Below are positions 52,804 to 61,784 of a stretch of DNA of 64,000 nt, piece by piece. Within the stretch, counting starts at the first letter, position 1. Every line of letters begins with the position of its first letter. This stretch comes from Alphaproteobacteria bacterium. GTDB lineage: Bacteria > Pseudomonadota > Alphaproteobacteria > RF32 > CAG-239. The position numbers and the translations under genes are program-made. The stretch covers positions 31,946 through 95,945 of the forward strand of contig SUUK01000002.1 of assembly GCA_015062535.1 (NCBI GenBank). Direction: 5' to 3'. The notes beneath the pieces are model-generated. The model saw only the letters and a list, made by a program, of their open reading frames with translations. It was not told where the DNA came from and searched no databases.

Positions 52804-53973
52804 ATGAGTGGAAAATGGGAATCTATGGCTGTAGCTGCTTTGCTTTCTTCGACAATGAATGCACAATCAGCGCCTATGGAAAATAATAATCAAGATACAG
52901 AGAACCCTAATAGAATTGAGGTTGTTCAAGAAGATACTAGAGATACCTTAAGAAATGATTCTGCTATGGCTTGGGAAGAAGTTCAAAATATGGCAAATGT
53001 CCCACCAAGTAATGGAAATAGTTCAAGAGAGAGTGCTGTAGAGAGTATGAGAGCTGATTCTCTGACTTTTAATGAGGTTAATAGTAGATTAAATGGTAAT
53101 GTGCCTTTAAATGAATGCGTTGAAAGAAGTGTTACAGAATGTTTAGTTCAACAAGAAGGTACACATAGTAGAATTAGTCAAAGATACGGAGCTAGCAACG
53201 ATGCTTATGAAGGCAATGTTTATGGTGATTTTTTGGAATATTTAGCTACTTCTGGTGATAAAAAACTAGGAAGAGCTTTAGGTTTATCAGAAGATAAGAT
53301 GACACCAGAAAATATAACAATGGCTTTAGCGTATGGTCCGGAAATTTCAAGAGAAATGCAAGAGCAAATTTTTAATGAAGCAAGGCAAGATGGTCGATAT
53401 GAAGGATATAGAAATCAAACATCTTCTATGGGGGTAATGCAAGAAAGATATCCAGAATTATCTTCAACTGGTCAGATGCCTGAAGGAGGGGCGAGATTAT
53501 CTATTGGGCTTGAGCAATCAAAGGAAATGTGCGATAAAATTAATCAAAAATATGGAGAAAATGCAAATGCATTGATTGTTAGGGCTTTTACTGCTGATAA
53601 AGAGTTAGCTGAAAGCTTTGGTTTTAAGAAGGATGAAAAAGTTGATGCTCAACAATTAATATATATGTTAGCGGAGGCTGAAACATTACCTAAGGATGTT
53701 CAAGATAAATTGGTAACTCCTAAAGATAGAGAAAATGCGGATAAAGTATTAGATTTTATGGTGAACAAAGATAAAGATACCAAGTATTTTAGCTTTAATA
53801 GTGAAACCCAAAAAGGTGAAAATAAAGTTCAAGAAGTAGCTGATAATATTCGAGGAAATGATAATAAGACATTTAATTTAAATAAAGAATTAAGTAATAT
53901 ACATTCAAAGACAGTAAATACACAAGACGATATGAGTATGGCTGTGATGAGACATATTCAAGCTCAAAGGTAA
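52804..53973 (+). CDS. Hypothetical protein (orphan, effector candidate)
   Basis: 389 aa. GAGG RBS. Weakly hydrophobic N-terminus (MAVAALLSSTMNAQSAP). Gln/Glu/Asn-rich. No family recognised. Confidence 0.55.
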   Translation: MSGKWESMAVAALLSSTMNAQSAPMENNNQDTENPNRIEVVQEDTRDTLRNDSAMAWEEVQNMANVPPSNGNSSRESAVESMRADSLTFNEVNSRLNGNVPLNECVERSVTECLVQQEGTHSRISQRYGASNDAYEGNVYGDFLEYLATSGDKKLGRALGLSEDKMTPENITMALAYGPEISREMQEQIFNEARQDGRYEGYRNQTSSMGVMQERYPELSSTGQMPEGGARLSIGLEQSKEMCDKINQKYGENANALIVRAFTADKELAESFGFKKDEKVDAQQLIYMLAEAETLPKDVQDKLVTPKDRENADKVLDFMVNKDKDTKYFSFNSETQKGENKVQEVADNIRGNDNKTFNLNKELSNIHSKTVNTQDDMSMAVMRHIQAQR

Positions 53974-53988
53974 TAAAGAGGGTGGAAT

Positions 53989-55542
53989 ATGGAAAATGAA
54001 ACAACTTTATTTGAGGATATTATAGAAAGTGTTTCATTGGATGATTTGATGAAACCTTATAAAAAGTTATCTGGTAAAGAAGTTAGCGAAAATAATGAAA
54101 ATAATTTAAGTGTTGAAGAGCAAAAGTTCTATTTGGCTTATTATGCAAGAATGGCAACAGAGCATGTTGGTTTTGAAAATTTTAGTAAAGAAAATCAAGA
54201 AGCTTTTAAATCGCATATTGTTGAGATGTATAAAGGTATTGATGGGGCGAGAAAACAAGGTGATTTTTTGAGAGAAATGGGTGAGAGTGCTAAGTTTATT
54301 GAGGATAAGCACTTCGAGATAGGAATAGGTAGAGGTGAAGTTTCTCGTGGCGGTGGAGAAAAAAGAGAGAGAACTGTTGGAAAAAATTTTTGCTATAGAA
54401 CAGATGATGAAAGACCTAAAGGATATGAAAAACTAGGTGGAGCTTCAATGGTTACCGAAAGTGGTGAGCATGTGCCGACTTGGGAAATTGGAATCTTAAA
54501 AAAGAATGGTGAAGATATTTTGGTGGTATCTGTTTTTGATATTATGCATAGAGGTAATGACTATGAGGAATGGAAAGACTTTATCGAAAAATTTGATGAA
54601 GTTTATGGAAAAGATAAGGAAAAGTGGGAAAAAGGCAGAATAATTCTTGATGTTAGAGGTAATAGAGGTGGTGAAGATAAGCCAATAGACCATATGGCTA
54701 AAAGATTATATGGTAATTTGGTGAATACTTATAAAAGATGTGAAGTTAAAGATAGTTCTTTGGGGTATCATTTATATCAACAACATGGAAGTGTTAAAAA
54801 TGCTAAAAAATTAGGACAAGAACCTCCTAAAAGAGAGCATTTTTCTGGTAAAAATAAAGCGTTGTTTGATGAAACAGGGGTTTATTATGCCTTTAATGAA
54901 GAAAAAGGATATAAAGGAAGAATTGATATTTTGACTTGTGCAAGGGTTGGTAGTTCGGCAGAAAGTGCTTATAGCTCTTTTTATCATCATCCAAATGTTA
55001 GATATATTGGTGAAAATACCGCAGGTATGCAACAATATGTACAAGGAACTTTTGCAACACCTTGGGGTGGTGAAATGCGTGTTGGCTGGGGAAAGCTTAC
55101 ATATTGGGATAAAGAAGGGGAAAATATTGAAGTTAAAGGGCATAAACCTGATGTGGAGTGCAAAGGTAAAGACGCCTTTGATGTGGCTTTAGAGGGGGAT
55201 AGAGATTATGGTAGAGTTATGGGGTTTAGAGAGTTAAATGAAGAAGTAAAAGGCGAAATTGTTATAAAAGATTATGACCCTAAATTGGTTAGTGACCCTT
55301 CTAGAAGAGCTTATTATTCTCTACAAACATTTCCAGCTATGGAGAAATTAGAAGCAGAGAATGGGCGAGCGATGGAGGCGCAAAATGCCATGGGAAGAGT
55401 GTCTGATATAATAAATAAGAAGAAAGAGAATGAGGCAATAAAGCCAAAAGAACCTCTACAAAAAGAAGTAAATAAGGGAAATAGTAATTTTGATACGAAT
55501 AGTTATGTAAGAAGCAACTTTATACAGGCGGAGAGTAAGTAA
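53989..55542 (+). CDS. S41 (C-terminal processing peptidase)-like protein lacking PDZ and signal peptide; catalytic Lys position is Met
   Basis: 517 aa. GAGGGTGG RBS 15 nt after the upstream stop. ILDVRGNRGGE (compare the DLRxNxGG motif), VGSSAESA (Ser motif), IGENTAGMQQY (compare GExTxGKG), KGHKPDVEC (compare G-x-x-PD). Confidence 0.6.
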   Translation: MENETTLFEDIIESVSLDDLMKPYKKLSGKEVSENNENNLSVEEQKFYLAYYARMATEHVGFENFSKENQEAFKSHIVEMYKGIDGARKQGDFLREMGESAKFIEDKHFEIGIGRGEVSRGGGEKRERTVGKNFCYRTDDERPKGYEKLGGASMVTESGEHVPTWEIGILKKNGEDILVVSVFDIMHRGNDYEEWKDFIEKFDEVYGKDKEKWEKGRIILDVRGNRGGEDKPIDHMAKRLYGNLVNTYKRCEVKDSSLGYHLYQQHGSVKNAKKLGQEPPKREHFSGKNKALFDETGVYYAFNEEKGYKGRIDILTCARVGSSAESAYSSFYHHPNVRYIGENTAGMQQYVQGTFATPWGGEMRVGWGKLTYWDKEGENIEVKGHKPDVECKGKDAFDVALEGDRDYGRVMGFRELNEEVKGEIVIKDYDPKLVSDPSRRAYYSLQTFPAMEKLEAENGRAMEAQNAMGRVSDIINKKKENEAIKPKEPLQKEVNKGNSNFDTNSYVRSNFIQAESK

Positions 55543-55692
55543 TTTGTGGTTGTTATAAGTCAAAAGAGCTGACTTAGGTTGGAATTAAAATTAAATCATG
55601 TGAATAAAAGTTTGGGTCTTGAATTAAAAGATTTGACAGAGTGATGTTTTCATTTTAGATAATATTATAGTTAATTTTTTAGGAGAAATGTG

Positions 55693-55995
55693 ATGAAAAA
55701 GGCTTTAGTTTTATCTTTAATGTTGCTTAGTGGTTGTGCTGAATTGTCTCAATATACAACAGTTGATAGCAATGCTTCTGCAAAAACAAGAATGCGCGCA
55801 TGTTTGATTAGTGAAGCTAATTCTAGATTTCAGGCAGGAACATTGTTTACTCAATCTCTTAGCGCTACTTCTGATGAATTGGTTAGTGTTTGCTTGAAGA
55901 AATTGGCTTTAGAATCTGCTGGAATTAGCCAAGAATCTCAATCTACTGCTCAAACAATTATTCAAAATTTGAAAAATTTAGGTACAGCTAATTAG
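55693..55995 (+). CDS. Small lipoprotein (hypothetical)
   Basis: AGGAG RBS 7 nt upstream of ATG 55693. Lipobox MLLSGC. 100 aa. Confidence 0.6.
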   Translation: MKKALVLSLMLLSGCAELSQYTTVDSNASAKTRMRACLISEANSRFQAGTLFTQSLSATSDELVSVCLKKLALESAGISQESQSTAQTIIQNLKNLGTAN

Positions 55996-56005
55996 TTGGA
56001 GATAT

Positions 56006-56030
56006 AGCCCTACTAATGTGGGGCTTTTTG
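56006..56030 (+). terminator. Possible intrinsic terminator/attenuator between the lipoprotein and hydrolase genes
   Basis: AGCCCTAC-TAAT-GTGGGGCT (one G-U pair) followed by T5. Ends 3 nt before ATG 56033. Confidence 0.45.
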
Positions 56031-56032
56031 TT

Positions 56033-56788
56033 ATGAAATTAAAAAGATTTTTATTTGCAAGTATATTGTTTTTGGGTGGGTGTCAAACGCTTGTGATACC
56101 TCATGATTTTGTTTATAAAGAAATTGAAACAAATACTTTTAAGCTTGCAAGTTGGCAGAAAATTACAAATCCTAAAGCAAAGTTTAAGGTGTATATTGAG
56201 GGAGATGGAGCATCTTTTGATGCATATGGTATGCCAACAGACAATCCTACTCCGAGAAATATAAATTTTAGGAAAATGGCATTTGGTGATTTTAGTCCTA
56301 ATGTTATTTATTTAGCTAGACCTTGTCAGTTTGTGAAAGATGATATGTGTTCTCAGAGGCATTGGACAGATGCTCGTTTTGCGGTGGAAGTTGTTAGCGC
56401 AACATATGAAGCAATAAAAAATATAGTAAAAGATAATGATGTTGTGTTGATTGGTTTTTCTGGCGGGGCGCAAGTTGCTGGATTGGTTAGTGTGGCAAGA
56501 AAAGGGCTAAATGTTAAAAAACTAATTACTATTGGTGGAAATTTAGACCATATTGCATGGAGCAGGCATCATAAGATTAGAGTTTTAAATCAATCTTTGA
56601 ATTTGGCGGATTATCGAGATGAATATATGAAAATACCTCAAATTCATTATGTCGGGGAAAATGACAAAGTTATTACTCCAGAGCTTGTATATGATTTTGT
56701 TAAGGATAATAGTTTGGTTTATGTGGTAGATGGTGCTACACACAATAGCGGTTGGGAAGAAATCTATCCTGTTGTTTGGGGTGATTAG
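56033..56788 (+). CDS. Alpha/beta-hydrolase lipoprotein
   Basis: Start at ATG 56033 (MKLKRFLFASILFLGGC lipobox). Nucleophile elbow GFSGGA (GxSxG). 251 aa. Confidence 0.7.
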   Translation: MKLKRFLFASILFLGGCQTLVIPHDFVYKEIETNTFKLASWQKITNPKAKFKVYIEGDGASFDAYGMPTDNPTPRNINFRKMAFGDFSPNVIYLARPCQFVKDDMCSQRHWTDARFAVEVVSATYEAIKNIVKDNDVVLIGFSGGAQVAGLVSVARKGLNVKKLITIGGNLDHIAWSRHHKIRVLNQSLNLADYRDEYMKIPQIHYVGENDKVITPELVYDFVKDNSLVYVVDGATHNSGWEEIYPVVWGD

Positions 56789-58704
56789 TCTTTTGTTTCT
56801 TCTTTTTTAGAGCCTTTGAGATTTTGCAAGAATTGAGCTTCTATTTTTACATATTGGTCTAGTAACCATCTTGAACGAGATACAAAGAAGATTGTGGCAA
56901 GTAGTAGGACTAATGTAACTCTTGGGTTTTCGGTTAAAAACTTATGTACTGCTGTTACTATGAAGAATGAACAAACAAGAATGCGAAAACTTGTTAGGAT
57001 AATTAATGGTAAGCGATTGGCTTTTTTTGCCATCCATAGTTTGTAGTAGATTTTTGATACTTGTGTTTTGCCTGAGAAGAAATTACGCAAGCGAACAGTT
57101 TTTTCATCAAAAGTATTGCAGATATTTTCTAGATGAAGAGTTTCTGTTAGGGTGTGTGGTTCTTCTTGAGCGCATTGGGCGGCAATTTCGATTTCTTCAG
57201 CTTGTTTTTTAGGGAATATCCACGATAGTCTGTCTTTTAGGAATTTTGTTGTAACGATATTCCAACCAATTAGAGCTTTTAGGAATGGTGACATTAATAA
57301 GAAAGTACATAATGTCATTACTATATTTGCAGGGATGCGATATGGAATTAGCTCTCTAACGTATGGTCTAACAGATGTTGCTAGTGCTATTATGCTATAT
57401 AAAATAAAAGAGAAAGAGCTAAGTCGTATAAAATAATTTTTAAATAATGCACTCCACAAACGCTCTTCGCTAGAAGTAAGAGTTGGTGTTGAAGAATATT
57501 TTTCTATATAATTTAGCCAACGTTCTGGTAGAAGTTTTTTGAGTTTTTTATATGCAGGTTCTGCTGATTTTATCATTAATGGGGTTAAGAATGTTGTGAT
57601 TACAGATACAGCAACGATAATCGGATAAACTTTGTTGCTTAACACTCCTAAGCTCATACCAAGTGATGCAATAATAAAAGCAAATTCACCTACTTGTGCA
57701 AGAGAAAAACCTCCTGATACTGATGTTTTTAATGATTGACCTGATGCAACAAATCCAAAGCATGAAAATAGGATTTTTCCGATAATTACGATAAGTGTTA
57801 TGACTAAAATTGGTTTAGCATAGGTTATAAACATAGATGGATCTACCATCATACCAACAGAAACAAAGAAAACAGCGCCAAAGAAGTCTTTTAGGGGTTG
57901 GAGATTTTTTTCTATGCGTTCAATAAGTGGTGTTTCTGATAGAATTGAGCCCATAATGAATGCGCCTAATGCTGAAGAAAATCCTGATGATGTTGCGAGC
58001 CATACCATACCAAAACACATACCTATGGTTATTAATAAAAGCATTTCATCACTTAGGAATTTATGGATTTTTTGCAAATATGTTGGAACAAGATAAATTC
58101 CTGTTACGAAACAAATAATTAAGAAGAAAATTAGTTTTGATGCGCTTAGGGCTAATTCTAAGCCATCTATATTTTTACCCATAGCAATTGTTGGTAATAA
58201 TACGAGCATTAAAATACCAACAAGGTCTTCAATTATAAGCACACCGAATACTAAATCTACGAATTTTTGTTTTCTAATATTTAGGTCATTAAATGCTTTG
58301 ATGATAATGGTAGTTGACGACATGGATATCATGGAGCCTAAAAAGAAGCTATCCATTGTTGACCAACCTAATAGCAAGCCTGTATTGTATCCTAAAAAGA
58401 GCATGAATAAGATGTTGGCGGTTGCGGTTATCATGGCAGATTTGCCAACATTTATCATTTTTTTGAAACTAAACTCTAAACCTAAACCAAAAAGAAGGAA
58501 TATTACACCAATATCAGCCCATAAAGCTAAATCTTCTTTGTCTTTTACGGCAGGAAGAAGGTTGAAGTATGGACCAGCAAGTATGCCGGCTAAAATGTAT
58601 CCTAAAATTATTGGTTGCTTTAGTTTTCTGCACAATAATGTGGTTAAACCAGCATAAATTGTAATCATGGTTAAATCAATAATTAGAGGATGTATTGAGT
58701 GCAT
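56785..58704 (-). CDS. Monovalent cation:proton antiporter (CPA2/Kef-type) with extended C-terminal membrane region
   Basis: 639 aa, at least 12 TM helices. Na+/H+-exchanger-family N-terminus (QPIILGYILAGILAGPY, GLEFSF). No obvious TrkA-N domain. Confidence 0.8.
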   Translation of the reverse strand: MHSIHPLIIDLTMITIYAGLTTLLCRKLKQPIILGYILAGILAGPYFNLLPAVKDKEDLALWADIGVIFLLFGLGLEFSFKKMINVGKSAMITATANILFMLFLGYNTGLLLGWSTMDSFFLGSMISMSSTTIIIKAFNDLNIRKQKFVDLVFGVLIIEDLVGILMLVLLPTIAMGKNIDGLELALSASKLIFFLIICFVTGIYLVPTYLQKIHKFLSDEMLLLITIGMCFGMVWLATSSGFSSALGAFIMGSILSETPLIERIEKNLQPLKDFFGAVFFVSVGMMVDPSMFITYAKPILVITLIVIIGKILFSCFGFVASGQSLKTSVSGGFSLAQVGEFAFIIASLGMSLGVLSNKVYPIIVAVSVITTFLTPLMIKSAEPAYKKLKKLLPERWLNYIEKYSSTPTLTSSEERLWSALFKNYFIRLSSFSFILYSIIALATSVRPYVRELIPYRIPANIVMTLCTFLLMSPFLKALIGWNIVTTKFLKDRLSWIFPKKQAEEIEIAAQCAQEEPHTLTETLHLENICNTFDEKTVRLRNFFSGKTQVSKIYYKLWMAKKANRLPLIILTSFRILVCSFFIVTAVHKFLTENPRVTLVLLLATIFFVSRSRWLLDQYVKIEAQFLQNLKGSKKEETKD

Positions 58705-58804
58705 TTGTTTTTTCCAATTAATTAAAGTTTAGTATATTGGTTATTTTATAAAGAAAAAACCTTTAAGTTGTGTTAATTTATGGGAGATAAATAGTATTTT
58801 TAAG

Positions 58805-59959
58805 CTATTTTTCAAGAACGAAGTTGTTTTGATTGGTGTGTTTAAAGTATGTGGTTTTGTGGTTATCCCATTTTACTTGTAATCTGTTTGGTGGTAATAT
58901 TTTGAATTTACCACAGAAAAAGTCTGGATTGTTGTATCCACAAATTCTATCATCTTCTTGTTTTACAAAAATATCTTCCCAGTTAGGGGTGTGTAGTTTT
59001 ATAAATTCTGAATTTGGTGATGGCTCAAAAAAGCTTGAAGCAAGTGCAAATGGAAATTCTTTTATTCTTAAACCATGATATTTTTGATGATAGCGAAAAT
59101 ATATGGTAAACAAGCGCTCTGATAAGTATGCAAGAGCAAGTTTTTGTTCGGTGTTTCTTGTTTCTAAATCTTCTTTTATGGCATCATAAACAGGGAATAA
59201 TATGCTAAATAACCATGAAGCATAGGAGTTTAAGATTTCTCTTTTGGTGATGAACATATTTGTTGGGTAGAAGCCTCTATTGCTATTTAATTCTTCTATG
59301 GCAAAAGAGTGCATTTCGGGATATTTTTGTTTTATTATTTCTAGAGCTTTATCTAGGTCTGATATGATGTGCTCTTTTTTGTATTGCTCATAGGTGTTTA
59401 GTTTTATTGGTTCTGAAAGAATAATGTCATGTGTTGCAAACCATGGAAGAATGAATTTTTTTTCTAACTCTAAATCTCGAAGGAATTCTTTGGAGAATCC
59501 TTTTAGGTGGTTTATGCCTAAATGTCTAAAGCGCATAGACGGAAATTCTTTTATTGGATATTTTGCATTGTTGTTTAGGCTTAAAAAACGTCTATACTGG
59601 AACATTCCAACATATGGTGATGATGTGTTTTTATATATCCAATAAAGAGCGGTTATTTCTGCAAAGTAGCGGTTTAGTTCTGAGATGTTTTCGCCGTTGT
59701 CGTCGCCTATCATATTTTCTTTTAGCCAAGTGATTTCTTTGGATGTAAAGGTTCCTGCTCTTGAGGGGGTGTTGGATATTGCACGACCACCTTGAATTGG
59801 TTCAAATATTTCGGTTTTTATAAGTGGGGCTGGTTTGTAATAAACTACAAAAATTTTTAAGAAATCTGTTTTGTAGAAAAACAAAGTGTATATTGCCAAG
59901 ACAAAAATAAAAACAGCAAATATAACGTAAATAAATGTGCTATATTTGCTGTTTTTCAT
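58805..59959 (-). CDS. DUF4422-type putative glycosyltransferase with N-terminal anchor
   Basis: 384 aa. IFVVYYKPAPLIKTEIFEPIQGGRA and GDDNGENISELNRYFAEITALYWIYKN match the DUF4422 hallmark (DNIS..N..y.E.TalYW.wKN, from memory). Confidence 0.6.
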   Translation of the reverse strand: MKNSKYSTFIYVIFAVFIFVLAIYTLFFYKTDFLKIFVVYYKPAPLIKTEIFEPIQGGRAISNTPSRAGTFTSKEITWLKENMIGDDNGENISELNRYFAEITALYWIYKNTSSPYVGMFQYRRFLSLNNNAKYPIKEFPSMRFRHLGINHLKGFSKEFLRDLELEKKFILPWFATHDIILSEPIKLNTYEQYKKEHIISDLDKALEIIKQKYPEMHSFAIEELNSNRGFYPTNMFITKREILNSYASWLFSILFPVYDAIKEDLETRNTEQKLALAYLSERLFTIYFRYHQKYHGLRIKEFPFALASSFFEPSPNSEFIKLHTPNWEDIFVKQEDDRICGYNNPDFFCGKFKILPPNRLQVKWDNHKTTYFKHTNQNNFVLEK

Positions 59960-60023
59960 AATCTGTTACCTAAAATTTTAGCGCAAAAAAGGACCTTTAC
60001 ATAAAAGCCTTTTTATACGGCAA

Positions 60024-60236
60024 TTACGCAATGATGTTTGGGTTTACAATATTTTCCAAACTTTGAATTTTGTTTTTTAAACTTGTTTTTTGTTTGTTTA
60101 ATTGTTGAGCTTGATAAAAGTCAATCATTTGTTTATTTTTTACTAATTTAGTAATGTCTGATTTAACTCTTCTTTCTTCTAATTTAAGCTCACAAAGTTG
60201 GATTTGTAGCTTACTGAAAGAATTTGAATTAGCCAT
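60024..60236 (-). CDS. Small coiled-coil protein (possibly DUF465/YdcH-like)
   Basis: 70 aa with heptad-like Lys/Gln/Leu pattern (QAQQLNKQKTSLKNKIQSLE). Weak call. Confidence 0.35.
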   Translation of the reverse strand: MANSNSFSKLQIQLCELKLEERRVKSDITKLVKNKQMIDFYQAQQLNKQKTSLKNKIQSLENIVNPNIIA

Positions 60237-60452
60237 TTTATTTTAACTCCTCGATAAATTGTTATGTCGCATTAGTGCGATTCTTATTTTCTGCGCTAAG
60301 TATACACTATTTTTTGATAAAAATCAAGAAGTTTTGATTGCAAAATTAAAAAAATAGTGAAAAAAAGTATTTTTATACTAGTTTATATAAAAAATATAAA
60401 GTATGAGTGCAATAATATGAAAAATGAACTTTATTTGAAATAGGAAAAAAGT

Positions 60453-61535
60453 ATGACTGAAATAAAAAAAATCGGTATTTTAACAAGTGGTGGTGACTGT
60501 GCAGGACTTAATGCTGTTGTGATGTCTGTGGTTAATTCTGCAGCTAAATATGGTTGGGAAGTTTATGGTATTCACAATGGTACAGATGGTCTAACAGAAG
60601 CTCCTCTTTCTTATGAGCTTTTGACTACACGTAATTTTTCTGATACTCCATGGCCAAGAATTGCCGGTTCATACTTAGGTTCTTTGAATAAAGGTGTTAA
60701 ATTAGAATCTCAAGCAGAAATTTCTAAACGTTTTGGTGCAGGTGTTCGTGAATTAGGTTTGGACGCTGTTGTTGTAGTTGGTGGTGACGGTAGTATGAAT
60801 ATCGTTAGTAACTATTGCAGAAATGCAGGTGTTAGAATGGTTGGTATTCCAAAAACTATTGATAACGATACTCCTTTGACACAATATTCTGTTGGTTTTA
60901 ACTCTGCTTGTAAAGTTTGTGTTGAAGCCGTTGATGCTTTATGGAAAACAGCTCGTTCTCACCAAAGAGCTTTGATTTTGGAAGTTATGGGTCGTGATAC
61001 AGGTCACTTGGCAATGCATTCTGCTGTAGCAGGTTTTGCGGATGTTTGTTTGGTTCCTGAAATTCCATATACAATTGATGGTATTATTCAAAAATTGAAA
61101 TCTATTAGAAAAAGTGGCAGAAAACATGCTGTTATTGTTGTTTCTGAAGGTGTTCATACAGAAAGTGGCGAAATGGTTTCTGGTGCAAAGAATTTGATTG
61201 GTGAAAAAATTAATGGCGGTATTGGTGAATATTTGAGTTCTGCTATTAATGCTAAATATAGTGAATTCCAAACTAGAGTTACAAAACTTGGTCACGTTCA
61301 ACGTGCTGGTGACCCTACTGCTTTTGATAGAGCTCTTGCTTGTGCTTTTGGTGCTAAAGCTGTTGAGTTATTAAAAGAAGGTCATACAGATGTTATGGTT
61401 GCTTTAAATGGTGATAAACTTGAAACATATCCTTTAGAAGAAGTTGTTGCAGAAGGTACAACAATGCTTAATAAAGATAGCGTTTATGTTAGAGCGGCTA
61501 TTGAAATGGGCATGTATGTTGGTGAAGTAAAATAA
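60453..61535 (+). CDS. pfkA: 6-phosphofructokinase
   Basis: GILTSGGDCAGLNAV, VVGGDGS, IPKTIDND, VMGRDTGH. 360 aa. Confidence 0.93.
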   Translation: MTEIKKIGILTSGGDCAGLNAVVMSVVNSAAKYGWEVYGIHNGTDGLTEAPLSYELLTTRNFSDTPWPRIAGSYLGSLNKGVKLESQAEISKRFGAGVRELGLDAVVVVGGDGSMNIVSNYCRNAGVRMVGIPKTIDNDTPLTQYSVGFNSACKVCVEAVDALWKTARSHQRALILEVMGRDTGHLAMHSAVAGFADVCLVPEIPYTIDGIIQKLKSIRKSGRKHAVIVVSEGVHTESGEMVSGAKNLIGEKINGGIGEYLSSAINAKYSEFQTRVTKLGHVQRAGDPTAFDRALACAFGAKAVELLKEGHTDVMVALNGDKLETYPLEEVVAEGTTMLNKDSVYVRAAIEMGMYVGEVK

Positions 61536-61556
61536 GAGTTATTTTATTTTTGGTTA

Positions 61557-61593
61557 TTGAGCGGTAGGTGAAACTACCGCTTTTTTTTATATT
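61557..61593 (+). terminator. Intrinsic terminator after pfkA (left copy of a duplicated ~36-bp segment)
   Basis: TTGAGCGGTAGGTGAAACTACCGCTTTTTTTTATATT. Stem GCGGTAG/CTACCGC followed by T8. Recurs at 63749-63784 with a single loop change and T7. Confidence 0.8.
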
Positions 61594-61617
61594 ACTTAAT
61601 GTTTTGCTTTAAGCAGT

Positions 61618-61703
61618 CGAGGGATGACGGGTTAGGAGTATGGGGCAAGGCAAAACGAGGGATGACGGGTTAGGAGTATGGGGAGAGAGCAATTAAGGGA
61701 TGA
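61618..61703 (+). repeat. About 2.3 tandem copies of a 38-nt unit derived from the right arm of the ank hairpin element
   Basis: CGAGGGATGACGGGTTAGGAGTATGGGGCAAGGCAAAA (61618-61655), CGAGGGATGACGGGTTAGGAGTATGGGGAGAGAGCAATT (61656-61693), AAGGGATGAC (61694-61703). Confidence 0.8.
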
Positions 61704-61723
61704 CTTATATAGTGTGTTTTTTA

Positions 61724-61752
61724 TTGAAAATGGGGAATTTTTGTGATAAAGT
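61724..61752 (+). promoter_or_regulatory. Extended -10 promoter of the shared module (ank gene 5)
   Basis: TTGAAA (61724-61729), 17-nt spacer ending in TTTTGTGA, TAAAGT (61747-61752), then leader AGGCTATGTTTTTTAGAAAAACGAGGG. Confidence 0.6.
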
Positions 61753-61784
61753 AGGCTATGTTTTTTAGAAAAACGAGGGCAAAT

